Below are positions 36,042 to 45,521 of a stretch of 64,000 nt of DNA, in pieces. Positions within the stretch are counted from its first letter, which is position 1; every line of letters begins with the position of its first letter. The notes under the pieces are model-generated. The model was not told the DNA's origin. It saw only the letters and a list, made by a program, of their open reading frames with translations, and ran no database searches. The DNA is from a virus, in IMG/VR virus record IMGVR_UViG_3300049215_000481, positions 78,857 to 142,856 of that record; one strand, given 5' to 3'. The position numbers and the translations under genes were made by a program.

Positions 36042-38881
36042 TGGCTGAAGTCGCTCTGATCACCGCATACAACGGCCACGGCCAGCTCCTCTTCGGGAAG
36101 CGCAAGGACAACGGCCGCTGGACCCTCCCGGGCGGTCACTTCGAGGAGGGCGAGACTCCCGAGCAGGCGGCGCGCCGCGAGATGTTCGAGGAGACGGGTC
36201 TGCACGCGCAGACTCTCGTCCCGTTCGCCACGTTCACGAACCCGCAGGGCATCACACTGCACTGCTTCTCCGCGTTCGTCACCGGCGAGCCCCACAGCAA
36301 CTTCGACCCCGACGACGAGGTCGAGAAGTGGGAGTTCGTTGACATCGAGAACGGCATCCCGTCGAAGATCTGGGAGCACCTCCACGGTCCGCAGGACGAT
36401 CAGAACCTCGTCCGCCGCGTGTTCGAGGCTGAGGGCCTGTCGAAGGCCGAGGAGCCGCTGGCGAAGGCCAAGTGGCGCGTCAAGGACAGCGACGTCTACA
36501 CCACGTACGAGTTCCCCGACGAGGAGTCGGCGAAGGAGTACCGGAAGAAGGCGGGCAGCAAGTACGAAGACGACTGGAAGGGCATCGGCGTCTGTGAGGT
36601 GAAGGGGAAGCGCGTGGTCGCCCGCGCGTGGAGCGACTCTAACCTCGACGACTTCACGTCGCTCGCGGTGAAGATGGGAGGCAAGATCGTCGACGCCGAC
36701 GACATGGACGACCTCGTGTCGCCGGAGCGCTTCCGCGAGCTGGGGAAGGCCGAGGACGAGGTCGGCAGGCTCCTGGAGCATCCCTCGCCGCACGAGCGCA
36801 CGCTCGCGCTGAAGCTCAACACCGTCACGCCGCGCCACCTGCAGACGGCCTCGCTCGACCCGCACCCAGACGTGCACTCGCTCGCCATCGCGAACCCGCA
36901 GTTCGGGCACGCGGAGGCACACCACCTGATGTCGGCTTCTGCCGGCAGCGACGGGAAGTTCCCGCTCGTGCAGCAGCACGAGTTCCTGCGCCAGCACGAC
37001 CGCGTTCGGCCGTACCACCTCGTCTCGTTCGTGAACAACGCTCGCGCTCACGCCGCGGGCGACGACCTCGACCGCGCGCTGACCATCGCTGTCGGCCACC
37101 CCAGCCTGCCGCCTGTCATGGTGCGGTCTCTGTACCTCGACCCGCGCACCTCAGCGGCGCACCGCCTCGCCCTAGTGGGTCATATGAAGGCGCCTGTCGA
37201 CGTCCTGGAGCACGCCCTCCACACGGGCCTCATCGTCCCGTCGGCCGAGGCGACCTCACTCGCACAGGCTGCGGTCGCACACCCCTCCCTCCCCCACAGC
37301 TCCGTCGAGCACGTCGTCAAGATGGCCGGTGACCGAGGCGAGCCGCACGTCGTCGCCATCGCGACCCACGCTCTCAAGACGAACGCCACGTCGCCGGAGA
37401 TGAAGGAGCACCTCTTCACGCAGACGCTCCTGAAGCCGCGCTCCGCAGCCTCGCGCGCGCTCCTGAACGCGTTCCTGGAGGGGCCCTCGGCGAAGCCCGA
37501 GGACCGCCAGCGCGCTCTCGGGCAGTTGCTGAACAAGTCCGAGCCGCTCGCGAAGGCCGTCGCCCCGCAGCACTTCAGCTCCATCGTGAAGGCGCTCGAC
37601 CCCGAAGCTCACAAGCTCGTTGACCACAAGCCAGACCTGTCCGCGCACCCGCAGTCGCACGGCGCCGAGGTCCAGGCGTATCACCACAACGTCGTGAACA
37701 GCGCCCAGCGCGTTGGCGCGCACTCCAGCGGCAGCGCTGGCCTCGGCGGTGGCATCACGCGCAAGAAGGTGTTCCGCTACCAGGTCCCGGGTCAAACAGA
37801 GCCCGGCAAGGCCATGGTGAAGCCCTATCACGAGCGTGTCATCCAGCGCTGCAGCAAGTGGATGAAGTATCCGATCCAGGGCTGGGCCGAAATGACGACG
37901 CAGGCCCTCTTCCACGCAGGCGGCATCGGGCACCTCCACCAGAAGGTCCACGTCACAGAGCACAACATGGGTCCGGGGCACGAGCACGAGCCCGCCCTGG
38001 TCGTGCACCTCGCCCCGAATCACCTCGCGGTCACGGACGGCGGTCGGACCTACTACAAGCCCGAGCAACACGACCTGGACGTGCGGAAGATCGCGCTGAT
38101 GGACTTCCTTACGAACAACAACGACCGCCACGGTGGGAACTTGATGTTCAACGCCGACACCGGCGCACCGCTCGCGATCGACCACTCGCGGAACTTCCAG
38201 TACATCCGTCCGGCGCAGGACCGTTTGTCGCTGGACCGCACGCCCGACGGCGAGGACACGTTCAAGAACTACGCAACCGGTGCGCTCCACGGCATCGCCA
38301 GTCCGGTCACGGAGGATGTCCGCCGCAACTACGACTACGACAAGCCGGGTGACCGCCAGCGCGCCCTGTACGACGCGCAGCTCGACGGCATGCGGAAGTA
38401 CGCCCCGGCCTTCGAGTGGTGGGACGAGGCGGGTCCGAAGATCCGCCAGGAGTTCCACAAGCGCCTCGACCAGATCAAGGACCCGGAGGTGCGCGACCAC
38501 CTGAAGCGCAACTTCGATGCGCGCGCCGACTGGCTCGACGAGCGCGGGCATTTCGGCTTGGAGAACTACGGCGGCGACTGGTACCACGACGCCGTTCCGA
38601 TGTACAAACCGGACCAGCTCTCCGAGGCGGAGAAGGACGACCCCGAGGCCGTGGCCCGCTTCAACGAGCGTATCCGCGCGAAGCAGGACGCAGAGAAGAA
38701 GGCGCGCGCGGACAAGCGCAACGCGAAGAAGGCGTATCAGAACTGGCTCAACGAGAAGCCGCAGTACCCGCACCACATCATGAGCCTGCCTCGCGAGCAG
38801 ATCGACCAACACCCGGACTGGAAGAAGTACGTCGAAGCGTACGATCCGTGGCTCGCGCGACGGCCGGCGGAGGCAGCGTAA
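36041..38881 (+). CDS. multidomain protein: NUDIX hydrolase + HEAT-like repeats + HipA/PI3-PI4K-like kinase
   Basis: NUDIX box [24 protein letters not shown]; helical repeats; [13 protein letters not shown]...AIDHSRNF. Confidence 0.8.
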   Translation: MAEVALITAYNGHGQLLFGKRKDNGRWTLPGGHFEEGETPEQAARREMFEETGLHAQTLVPFATFTNPQGITLHCFSAFVTGEPHSNFDPDDEVEKWEFVDIENGIPSKIWEHLHGPQDDQNLVRRVFEAEGLSKAEEPLAKAKWRVKDSDVYTTYEFPDEESAKEYRKKAGSKYEDDWKGIGVCEVKGKRVVARAWSDSNLDDFTSLAVKMGGKIVDADDMDDLVSPERFRELGKAEDEVGRLLEHPSPHERTLALKLNTVTPRHLQTASLDPHPDVHSLAIANPQFGHAEAHHLMSASAGSDGKFPLVQQHEFLRQHDRVRPYHLVSFVNNARAHAAGDDLDRALTIAVGHPSLPPVMVRSLYLDPRTSAAHRLALVGHMKAPVDVLEHALHTGLIVPSAEATSLAQAAVAHPSLPHSSVEHVVKMAGDRGEPHVVAIATHALKTNATSPEMKEHLFTQTLLKPRSAASRALLNAFLEGPSAKPEDRQRALGQLLNKSEPLAKAVAPQHFSSIVKALDPEAHKLVDHKPDLSAHPQSHGAEVQAYHHNVVNSAQRVGAHSSGSAGLGGGITRKKVFRYQVPGQTEPGKAMVKPYHERVIQRCSKWMKYPIQGWAEMTTQALFHAGGIGHLHQKVHVTEHNMGPGHEHEPALVVHLAPNHLAVTDGGRTYYKPEQHDLDVRKIALMDFLTNNNDRHGGNLMFNADTGAPLAIDHSRNFQYIRPAQDRLSLDRTPDGEDTFKNYATGALHGIASPVTEDVRRNYDYDKPGDRQRALYDAQLDGMRKYAPAFEWWDEAGPKIRQEFHKRLDQIKDPEVRDHLKRNFDARADWLDERGHFGLENYGGDWYHDAVPMYKPDQLSEAEKDDPEAVARFNERIRAKQDAEKKARADKRNAKKAYQNWLNEKPQYPHHIMSLPREQIDQHPDWKKYVEAYDPWLARRPAEAA

Positions 38882-40225
38882 ATGCGCGTCGTAGTGACGG
38901 ACCACATGACCGACAAGTCCAAGCTCTACGAGGGCACGGACGACGTGATTGAGCAGCGCCTGCTGTTCGACTACCCGTGGCTGCGTCCGGAGGACGACTC
39001 AGATCGCGACCTGCACGCCACCCTGGAACATCTGGACGCCACAGGCGCCTATCAGGTCTTCGTCGAGGAGGAGCCGCTCACGAAGAGCAATCTTGAGCGC
39101 AAGGACCTCGCGAACCACCCCGTCATCGCGTCGATGCTCGGCTTCATCCCCACCTCCACGCCCGAGTTCCAGGCAGCACGCTGGATGTCCGGCGGGCGCG
39201 ACATCCCGATCGAAGCCGTTCGCCGCGCGCTCTACGACGAGGACGGGAACATTGAGCACGCTGCCCTGAAGGCCTACGGGTTCGAGATCAACGACACCAA
39301 CATCAAGGCTCTCCACGCGGTCCGCGGCATGGGCGACTTCTCCAAGTCGGAGGAGTTGGCCGCGACCGCTGGTTCTGTCATCGCGGCGCACGCCGAAGGT
39401 GAGGACGTCGCGCAGGCGCTCCGCCGCGCGTACAAGGACCAGTTCGTGCTCCCCGTCGCACTCGCCGGAAAGCACTCGAAGGGGTCGCTCGTCGCTCGCG
39501 ACGAGGCCACGCACTCGACCTGGCTCCTGAAGCCGGGCTCGGGGAAGGCCGGCGCTGCCGCCGGCAGCTCCCAAGACCCGTCCACGCAGAGCGCCCGCGA
39601 GGCTGCCTGGTACCACATCGCGAAGGAGTGGGGCCTTTGGAGCAGCTTCCCCCGCGCGGAGCTGATCCTCATCGACGGCCAGCAGTACGCCGCGCTCCAG
39701 CTCCTGCCGTGGAGCTACAAGACCGCCGAGAAGCGTCGCGTGTCGGAGCCGGGCATCGTCCGCAAGGTCCTGGCACCGTACCTGACCGACGGCGTGCTCC
39801 ACCAGTGGGCGATCATGGACTTCGTCCTCGGCAACCCCGACTCGCACGGCCAGAACGTCATGGTCGATGACGAGGGGGACGTGAAGCTCATCGACCACGG
39901 CTCGGCGTTCGCCGGTCCTGCCTTCGACCCCGCACACGACAACGACTCGTTCGTCCCCTACTACCTGCGCGCGTGGGCCCCGCGGCAGAACTTCAACGCC
40001 TTCACGACCGACGAGAAGCTCCGCTACATGCCGCGCGTGTCTGCGTCCACCGCCGCACGCATCAGCCAGTGGGTCCTGGGGCTCAACGCGGGCGCCGTCC
40101 AGGCGCTCTGCCACCGCTACGGCATCAACCCGGCCCCGACGCTCGACCGCCTCGCCCGGGTGAAGGCTGCGGTCGCCTCGGCACCGGCTGACGAGGCGAT
40201 CAACCGGCTCTGGGTCACGACGTAG
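38882..40225 (+). CDS. HipA/PI3-PI4K-like atypical kinase
   Basis: GKHSKG loop, WLLKP, REAA, DFVLGNPDSHGQN, LIDHGSAF. Confidence 0.8.
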   Translation: MRVVVTDHMTDKSKLYEGTDDVIEQRLLFDYPWLRPEDDSDRDLHATLEHLDATGAYQVFVEEEPLTKSNLERKDLANHPVIASMLGFIPTSTPEFQAARWMSGGRDIPIEAVRRALYDEDGNIEHAALKAYGFEINDTNIKALHAVRGMGDFSKSEELAATAGSVIAAHAEGEDVAQALRRAYKDQFVLPVALAGKHSKGSLVARDEATHSTWLLKPGSGKAGAAAGSSQDPSTQSAREAAWYHIAKEWGLWSSFPRAELILIDGQQYAALQLLPWSYKTAEKRRVSEPGIVRKVLAPYLTDGVLHQWAIMDFVLGNPDSHGQNVMVDDEGDVKLIDHGSAFAGPAFDPAHDNDSFVPYYLRAWAPRQNFNAFTTDEKLRYMPRVSASTAARISQWVLGLNAGAVQALCHRYGINPAPTLDRLARVKAAVASAPADEAINRLWVTT

Positions 40226-40261
40226 CCTGGGAGACAACACTCGGGCCGCAATCTTAGGCCC

Positions 40262-40579
40262 ATGCGAGCCCTGGCAGTTCTCCTCCTGGTCCTCGCGTCG
40301 TGTTCCAGCACGTTCGCGTACACCGGCCCCACCGCGCTGGACCCGTTCATCTCCGTCGACACCCGCGTGGTGCTCGACAGCGTCTCGAACCAGCACTTCC
40401 CCGCGTGGAAGCACACCGGGATCGCGTCCGTGACCAACCCCTCGAACAACGAGATGGCCGTGGACGTCTCGTGCGACGTAACTCTCATGCTCGGCGTGGT
40501 CCTACCGCCGCGCTCGGTGACCGAGTTCTACCTGAACCCGTCCGACCGCCTCTGCACGGTCAGCTACGCACGGTACTAG
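40262..40579 (+). CDS. putative lipoprotein / secreted small protein
   Basis: MRALAVLLLVLASC lipobox-like signal; motif B upstream. Confidence 0.6.
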   Translation: MRALAVLLLVLASCSSTFAYTGPTALDPFISVDTRVVLDSVSNQHFPAWKHTGIASVTNPSNNEMAVDVSCDVTLMLGVVLPPRSVTEFYLNPSDRLCTVSYARY

Positions 40580-40582
40580 GCC

Positions 40583-40813
40583 ATGGAGAGGAAGTGGGAC
40601 GAGGACGGCGAGCGCCACGAGGCGGTCACCGTAGTCGAACCCGTCGTCAACGGCGACTCTCTGACGCAGTTGATGCCGGAGACGTGTCTACTGTGTCAGC
40701 GTCGCGCGAAGATGGAGATCGTGCGCGGTGGAACGCTGCCCGACTACTGCTGCAACGGCGGCTCATGGGGCTGGTGCTTCGTCAGCCGCATCGCCTGGGC
40801 GCGCGTCGACTAG
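40583..40813 (+). CDS. small CxxC protein
   Basis: 76 aa, starts 3 nt after the previous stop. Confidence 0.45.
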   Translation: MERKWDEDGERHEAVTVVEPVVNGDSLTQLMPETCLLCQRRAKMEIVRGGTLPDYCCNGGSWGWCFVSRIAWARVD

Positions 40814-41049
40814 TGCTCCTGGTCAGCACGCTCGACCGCTCGCTGAGCCTCCTCGCGCGTCGCGAACTTGCCGACGAACACCTCAGGACCGCCCAGCTTG
40901 GGAATCCAGCCGTACCACTGCGGCGCCTCGGACTCGTAGACCTGTCGGAGGGCAACCTTCCCGTGTACGTCCCACTCGGGGAGGAGGTTCTGGGTGTACT
41001 CCGCCAGGTAGATGCCGGTGTTCTCGTGCCAGATCCACGTCTTCTTCAT
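40810..41049 (-). CDS. hypothetical protein
   Basis: 79 aa Trp-rich ORF, ATGA overlap with the upstream gene. Confidence 0.6.
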   Translation of the reverse strand: MKKTWIWHENTGIYLAEYTQNLLPEWDVHGKVALRQVYESEAPQWYGWIPKLGGPEVFVGKFATREEAQRAVERADQEH

Positions 41050-41183
41050 TCGTCGACCTCCTCGTCGTCGAACTCGCCGTCTTCGGCCTCTTCGACCTCC
41101 TCGTTGTCGTTCGCGACCTGATTGCGCTCGAACGTCTCCAGGTCGTCCTCGTAGACCTCAATCCCTTCGCACTCGTAGCACAT
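41046..41183 (-). CDS. tiny acidic protein (not in the ORF track)
   Basis: MCYECEGIEVYEDDLETFERNQVANDNEEVEEAEDGEFDDEEVDE*, coupled to both neighbours. Confidence 0.5.
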   Translation of the reverse strand: MCYECEGIEVYEDDLETFERNQVANDNEEVEEAEDGEFDDEEVDE

Positions 41184-41184
41184 T

Positions 41185-42627
41185 TTACGCGGCCTCCTTG
41201 GCCTTCTCGGCCTTCTTCGCTGCGCGCGCGGCCTTCTGCGCGGCCTTCTTCTCCGCCTTGGCGGCCTCCGCCTCGGCCGCCAGCTCGGACTCCACCTCGA
41301 CGCGCTTCGCGTTCGCGGCGGACCAGTCGTCCACGTTCGAGTCGCGCGCGGGCTTCACCAGCTCGATGGCCCAGCACCGCGTGAGAACGGTCTGCTTGAT
41401 GCCCGCGAAGCCCGGCTGCGCGTCGCGGGGGATGTAGACCTTGTGCTCCTTCACCGTACCGACGACGCGGTAGATGCTGCCGAGACTGAGGGCCTCCTTG
41501 GTCTTCCACGAGAACCGATTGCCCTGCTCGTCCTGCATCAGGTTGATGTGCGACGTGCCGTAGATCTCGTGGGTGAGGTCGACGACGCGGGTTACGACCA
41601 GCGTCCAAATGTCAGTCTTCTTGACCTCGCCCTGGAACTCGCTCTGCTGGGCCTTCTTGCGCTCCAGCTCCTTACCCATGAGGCGCTCTGAGAAGGCGAT
41701 GATCGAAGCGGTCAGCCCCGAGCCGCGCGCGTCAGTCGAGTTCCCCTCGATGATGAGGCGCAGGTTGTGCTCGTAGTCCGACAACTCCTTGTCCTCTTCC
41801 TCGGCTTTCTCGAAGTAGGCCTTCGCGAACTCCAGGGCGACGGTGGCGCGCGTGAGGTCGGCGGCCGTCAGCTCCGTGATGAACTTGCGCTTGTCCTCGG
41901 CGCGCGCCGTGAGGTACCCGAGCACCAGGTCGGCCGTCGACTGGACCGACGAGCCATCGAAGCGAGACTCGTTGATCGAGCGGGCCTTCGTGCGCGAGAG
42001 CCAGCCGTTCTCGCGGATGGACGCGGCCGTCGCGTGGAGGAACACCGCCAGCGACCAACCGAGCACGCCCCCACCCCAGCCGCCGCCGAGGCCGTCCTCG
42101 TCCTCGCCGACTGACTCGACGAACGCGCCCAGCAGCTCCGCCCAGCGCGCGATGACCTCGGGAGAGTCGTGGCCCGTGAAGTCGCGGAGGCAGTTGCGTC
42201 CGACCTGGAGCTGGCGGCCGTCCTCGTGCGCGACGACGTAGGTGTCCAGCCGGCGGCGCTCCGTCTTGCAGTGATTGCAGAACGGCTTGACGGCGCGGAG
42301 GTCCTTCTCGACCTTGATGGAGTCCGTGCAGGGGACGCGGTGGACGATGTTGCCCTTCTCCTCGTGCTGGAGAACGGCGACGAAGGTCCAGCCGGCGATC
42401 TTGGGCGACTGGCCAGATACCGTGACGACCTGGAAGTGCTTCGCCGGGACGGTGACCTCGCCGAGGGCGCCGATCACGGCCGGAACCACCTTCTCGCCCA
42501 CGACCTCGTAGGTCGGCGGGACGAGCTTCAGCTTCTTGGCCTTCTTCGCGAGCCGCTCGAACTCGCGGACGAACTCACCGAAGTGGGAGGTGCGGATTTC
42601 GAAGGTGACCAGCTCCGTCGTGCTCAT
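41185..42627 (-). CDS. hypothetical protein with zinc ribbon and C-terminal OB-fold-like region; probable early gene
   Basis: CNHC...RR..TY...QVGRNCL; C-terminal WKT...VGTVKEH...QTVLTRC. Confidence 0.7.
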   Translation of the reverse strand: MSTTELVTFEIRTSHFGEFVREFERLAKKAKKLKLVPPTYEVVGEKVVPAVIGALGEVTVPAKHFQVVTVSGQSPKIAGWTFVAVLQHEEKGNIVHRVPCTDSIKVEKDLRAVKPFCNHCKTERRRLDTYVVAHEDGRQLQVGRNCLRDFTGHDSPEVIARWAELLGAFVESVGEDEDGLGGGWGGGVLGWSLAVFLHATAASIRENGWLSRTKARSINESRFDGSSVQSTADLVLGYLTARAEDKRKFITELTAADLTRATVALEFAKAYFEKAEEEDKELSDYEHNLRLIIEGNSTDARGSGLTASIIAFSERLMGKELERKKAQQSEFQGEVKKTDIWTLVVTRVVDLTHEIYGTSHINLMQDEQGNRFSWKTKEALSLGSIYRVVGTVKEHKVYIPRDAQPGFAGIKQTVLTRCWAIELVKPARDSNVDDWSAANAKRVEVESELAAEAEAAKAEKKAAQKAARAAKKAEKAKEAA

Positions 42628-42634
42628 GGAAAGT

Positions 42635-42663
42635 ACGTTACAGGCGTTCCACCCATTTTACAA
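42635..42663 (-). promoter_or_regulatory. host sigma70-like promoter (TTGTAA-17-TAACGT)
   Basis: exact 17-nt spacer; -10 ends 7 nt before the ATG at 42627; AT-rich patch. Confidence 0.55.
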
Positions 42664-42742
42664 CCCCCGCACTTGCCCACCATGTGCGATAGGTGAACAG
42701 TGCGTCATCGCCTTCCAGCCGCAATCTTTCCACCTGGAACCG

Positions 42743-43033
42743 ATGAATATTACGAAAGAGCACATCGACTACAAGCGCCAGATCGGGACGCTGGACAACC
42801 GTCCGGTCATCGAGCTGGCCACCACCGGCGGCCTCCACCTGGTCGTGGTGGCGAAGGGTGACGGCGTCGAGACGCTCGGCGCGGGTCCCCACCGCGCGGT
42901 CGCGCGTCACATCGCGAAGAAGCTCCGCCCCGACCTGAAGATCACGGCGCTGGAGAAGTCGGACGACCTGCCGCTCTCCAGCTTCGCGCACATGGTCCCG
43001 CTCTGGGAACAGTTCACGAACCGTAACCGATAG
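42743..43033 (+). CDS. putative small virion protein
   Basis: MNITKEHIDYKRQIG...; motif B upstream; LEKS motif. Confidence 0.6.
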   Translation: MNITKEHIDYKRQIGTLDNRPVIELATTGGLHLVVVAKGDGVETLGAGPHRAVARHIAKKLRPDLKITALEKSDDLPLSSFAHMVPLWEQFTNRNR

Positions 43034-43042
43034 GAACGTTTC

Positions 43043-43450
43043 GTGGCCGAGACGAAGGAACAGGCAGCCGTCCGGATGCGAGAGTGGCGCCGGACTCATC
43101 CCCGCACCAATGCCATGCGGGTGGCAGCGCGTGAGAACGCGCGTCGATGGCGGAAGAACAACCCTGCCAAGGTGAAGATCCAGAACCGTCGCGACAACCT
43201 CAAGAAGAACTACGACCTCAGTACCGAGCAGTACGAGGCGATGATCGTCGCGCACGAAGGCAAGTGCCACGTCTGCAAGCAGCCTCCGACTGGACGCTGG
43301 AAGCGGCTCCACGTAGATCACGACCATAGTACCGGTGTGATTCGCGGCCTGCTGTGCAGCGGCTGCAATCTTGCCCTCGGCCACGTGAGAGACAACCCTC
43401 AGACTCTCCGCGACCTGGCCACGTACCTGGAGGCGAGCCGTGAACACTAA
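43043..43450 (+). CDS. HNH endonuclease (EndoVII-like)
   Basis: CHVC...LHVDHDHSTGVIRGLLCSGCN. Confidence 0.88.
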   Translation: MAETKEQAAVRMREWRRTHPRTNAMRVAARENARRWRKNNPAKVKIQNRRDNLKKNYDLSTEQYEAMIVAHEGKCHVCKQPPTGRWKRLHVDHDHSTGVIRGLLCSGCNLALGHVRDNPQTLRDLATYLEASREH

Positions 43451-44261
43451 GCCTGAAGGGAATGTAGCCCTCCAGTTCAGCTACATCACGACCAGTTTTG
43501 ACCCCGTGATGTTCGACGTCGCGATCCGCGCGAACGGCGTCAAGCTCGTGCACTACCGCGCGATGAAGTGCCCCGTCGGCATGGTCGACCGGTACGACAC
43601 GCGGCGCATCCACGAGGACCACGCCGGCTGCAGCAACGGCTTCCTGTACACGAAGGCGGGCACCATCACGTGCCTGTTCACCGGCAACGGCAACCGGCAG
43701 AACTCGTCCGACCTCGGCCTCCTCGACGACAGCACCGTCTCGGTCACCGCCCCGCGCTTCTACGACGACACCGAAGAGGACACGCAGGTCGCTCAGTACG
43801 ACCGCATGTACCTCGACGAGGAAGCGATCACTGTGCCGCACTGGCAGCTCGTCGAGACGCACGCCACCGGCCGCGACAAGCTCAGCTTCCCCGTCGTCGA
43901 GGTGATGGACATCGTCGACACGCACGGCAAGCGCTACAGCGTGAACGACTACAAGATCGAGAACGGGCAGATCGTCTGGGTGGGGGACCGCCCCGGCTTC
44001 GACGCCATCGCCAACAAGGGCGAGATCTACTCGATCCGCTACACGTACCGCCCCTACTGGTACGTCCAGCGCATCAACCATCAGGTCCGTGTCGCGCAGG
44101 TGGAGACGCCGCTCGCCCGCAAGCTCATCCGGATGCCCCAGGCCTTCACGCTCCAGCGCGAGTACGTCTTCGAGAAGGAAGAGAAGGACGACCAGGCGCC
44201 GGACCCGAACAGTCCGCGGCAGCACAAGGGTCCGCGCGACGGCTCGTACGGTCCCCGGTAG
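43440..44261 (+). CDS. neck / head-closure protein
   Basis: GVKLVHYRAMKCPVG...GFLY...YSIRYTYRPYWYV; neck-module context. Confidence 0.6.
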   Translation: MNTKPEGNVALQFSYITTSFDPVMFDVAIRANGVKLVHYRAMKCPVGMVDRYDTRRIHEDHAGCSNGFLYTKAGTITCLFTGNGNRQNSSDLGLLDDSTVSVTAPRFYDDTEEDTQVAQYDRMYLDEEAITVPHWQLVETHATGRDKLSFPVVEVMDIVDTHGKRYSVNDYKIENGQIVWVGDRPGFDAIANKGEIYSIRYTYRPYWYVQRINHQVRVAQVETPLARKLIRMPQAFTLQREYVFEKEEKDDQAPDPNSPRQHKGPRDGSYGPR

Positions 44262-44270
44262 CAATCTTTC

Positions 44271-45122
44271 GTGAGCACGCGCATGCATCCTCGGAAGCTA
44301 GCCTTTCTCACCGGCGTCCTCGGCTCAGACGGCGCTCTGGCACTCGCCAAAGCCAGTGAACGCTCCGAGGTGTTCGCTCACGCCATCGTTCCCCGCACCA
44401 TCCTCGCGTGGCTCGCCTCTGAGCCCGCCTACGAGGGGCCACTTCCGGGCGTCGGTGACACGTACATCGCGTTCACGAAGAACGAGTCCGCGTTCTCGGG
44501 CTCGGTCACCGTCGGCAAGGAGCTGTACCGGTTCGAGAACGAGACGGTCTTCCACGTCGCCGCCAGCATCGCCGTCGCGCTCGGCGTCGAGAAGGAGCGC
44601 ATCGACCCCGGCATGCGGAACGTCGACATCCAGCGCCTCGGCAAGACCATCGACCTCTTCGCGAAGACGAGGATGGTGAAGCGCGAGCTGAACAAGGCGT
44701 TCTGCCCGGGGTGCATCAGCAAGAAGGCGGAGCACGTCGAGTCGTGTACCAAGCGCAAGGAGCTGGAGAAGGGCCAGGAGGGCCCCGGGCTCACCGCGGC
44801 GCCGACGGCACCCGAAGCTCCGACGCCGCCCACGCCGGCCGGAGGCACGCCGCCCAAGAGCGCCACGGTGGTCAAGCCGCCCAAGCCTCCCGGTGCGAAG
44901 AGCGCCACCGTCAAGTTCACGCGCTCGGAGGCGACTCATCGCTGCGCCGCCTGCGGCATCGCGCAGTTCAAGAACGAGCGCATCCTCGGCTGCATGTGCC
45001 TGCGCGACCTGTGCAAGTCCGCGCGGGTGGTCGCGACGGACGCAGAGACGCTCACCGTCGAGTTCAAAGACCTCGACCGCGAGTCGCTCGTCACGATCTA
45101 CGAGGCCGTGGGGAGGAAGTAG
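44271..45122 (+). CDS. putative internal head protein with zinc-ribbon segments
   Basis: LAKAS, LNKAF, LEKGQ motifs; CPGC, CAAC. Confidence 0.6.
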   Translation: MSTRMHPRKLAFLTGVLGSDGALALAKASERSEVFAHAIVPRTILAWLASEPAYEGPLPGVGDTYIAFTKNESAFSGSVTVGKELYRFENETVFHVAASIAVALGVEKERIDPGMRNVDIQRLGKTIDLFAKTRMVKRELNKAFCPGCISKKAEHVESCTKRKELEKGQEGPGLTAAPTAPEAPTPPTPAGGTPPKSATVVKPPKPPGAKSATVKFTRSEATHRCAACGIAQFKNERILGCMCLRDLCKSARVVATDAETLTVEFKDLDRESLVTIYEAVGRK

Positions 45123-45521
45123 ATGGACCCGAAAGTTTTCCCGAAGTGGCTCGGCCGCTACAACATCGTCGACGCGGACCACGTCCACGATCTCGACACG
45201 CGCGCAGCGATCAACGAGTTCCACTTCAAGCTGCCCCGCCACGAGGCGGAAGCCAAGGCGCACAAGGACTACGTCCACGACCAGCTCGTCGAGGCGGCAG
45301 CACACCACCTCGTCGGCATGCAGGCCGCACGCGGCGCAGGTGACCGCGAGGCCGAGGCCAAACACGGGGCGATGTACAAGCTCACCGTGAAGGCGCTCGG
45401 CGGAGACCACGTCGGAGAGCCGCCGGAGGAGGTCGCCACGAAGGCGAAGAACACTCCGGCGACCGTCTACCGGTTCAAGGCGCACAAGGGCGACGCGTTC
45501 GCGCTGCCCACCGAGGAGTAG
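45123..45521 (+). CDS. putative virion protein
   Basis: 132 aa, His-rich, abuts the previous stop. Confidence 0.65.
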   Translation: MDPKVFPKWLGRYNIVDADHVHDLDTRAAINEFHFKLPRHEAEAKAHKDYVHDQLVEAAAHHLVGMQAARGAGDREAEAKHGAMYKLTVKALGGDHVGEPPEEVATKAKNTPATVYRFKAHKGDAFALPTEE

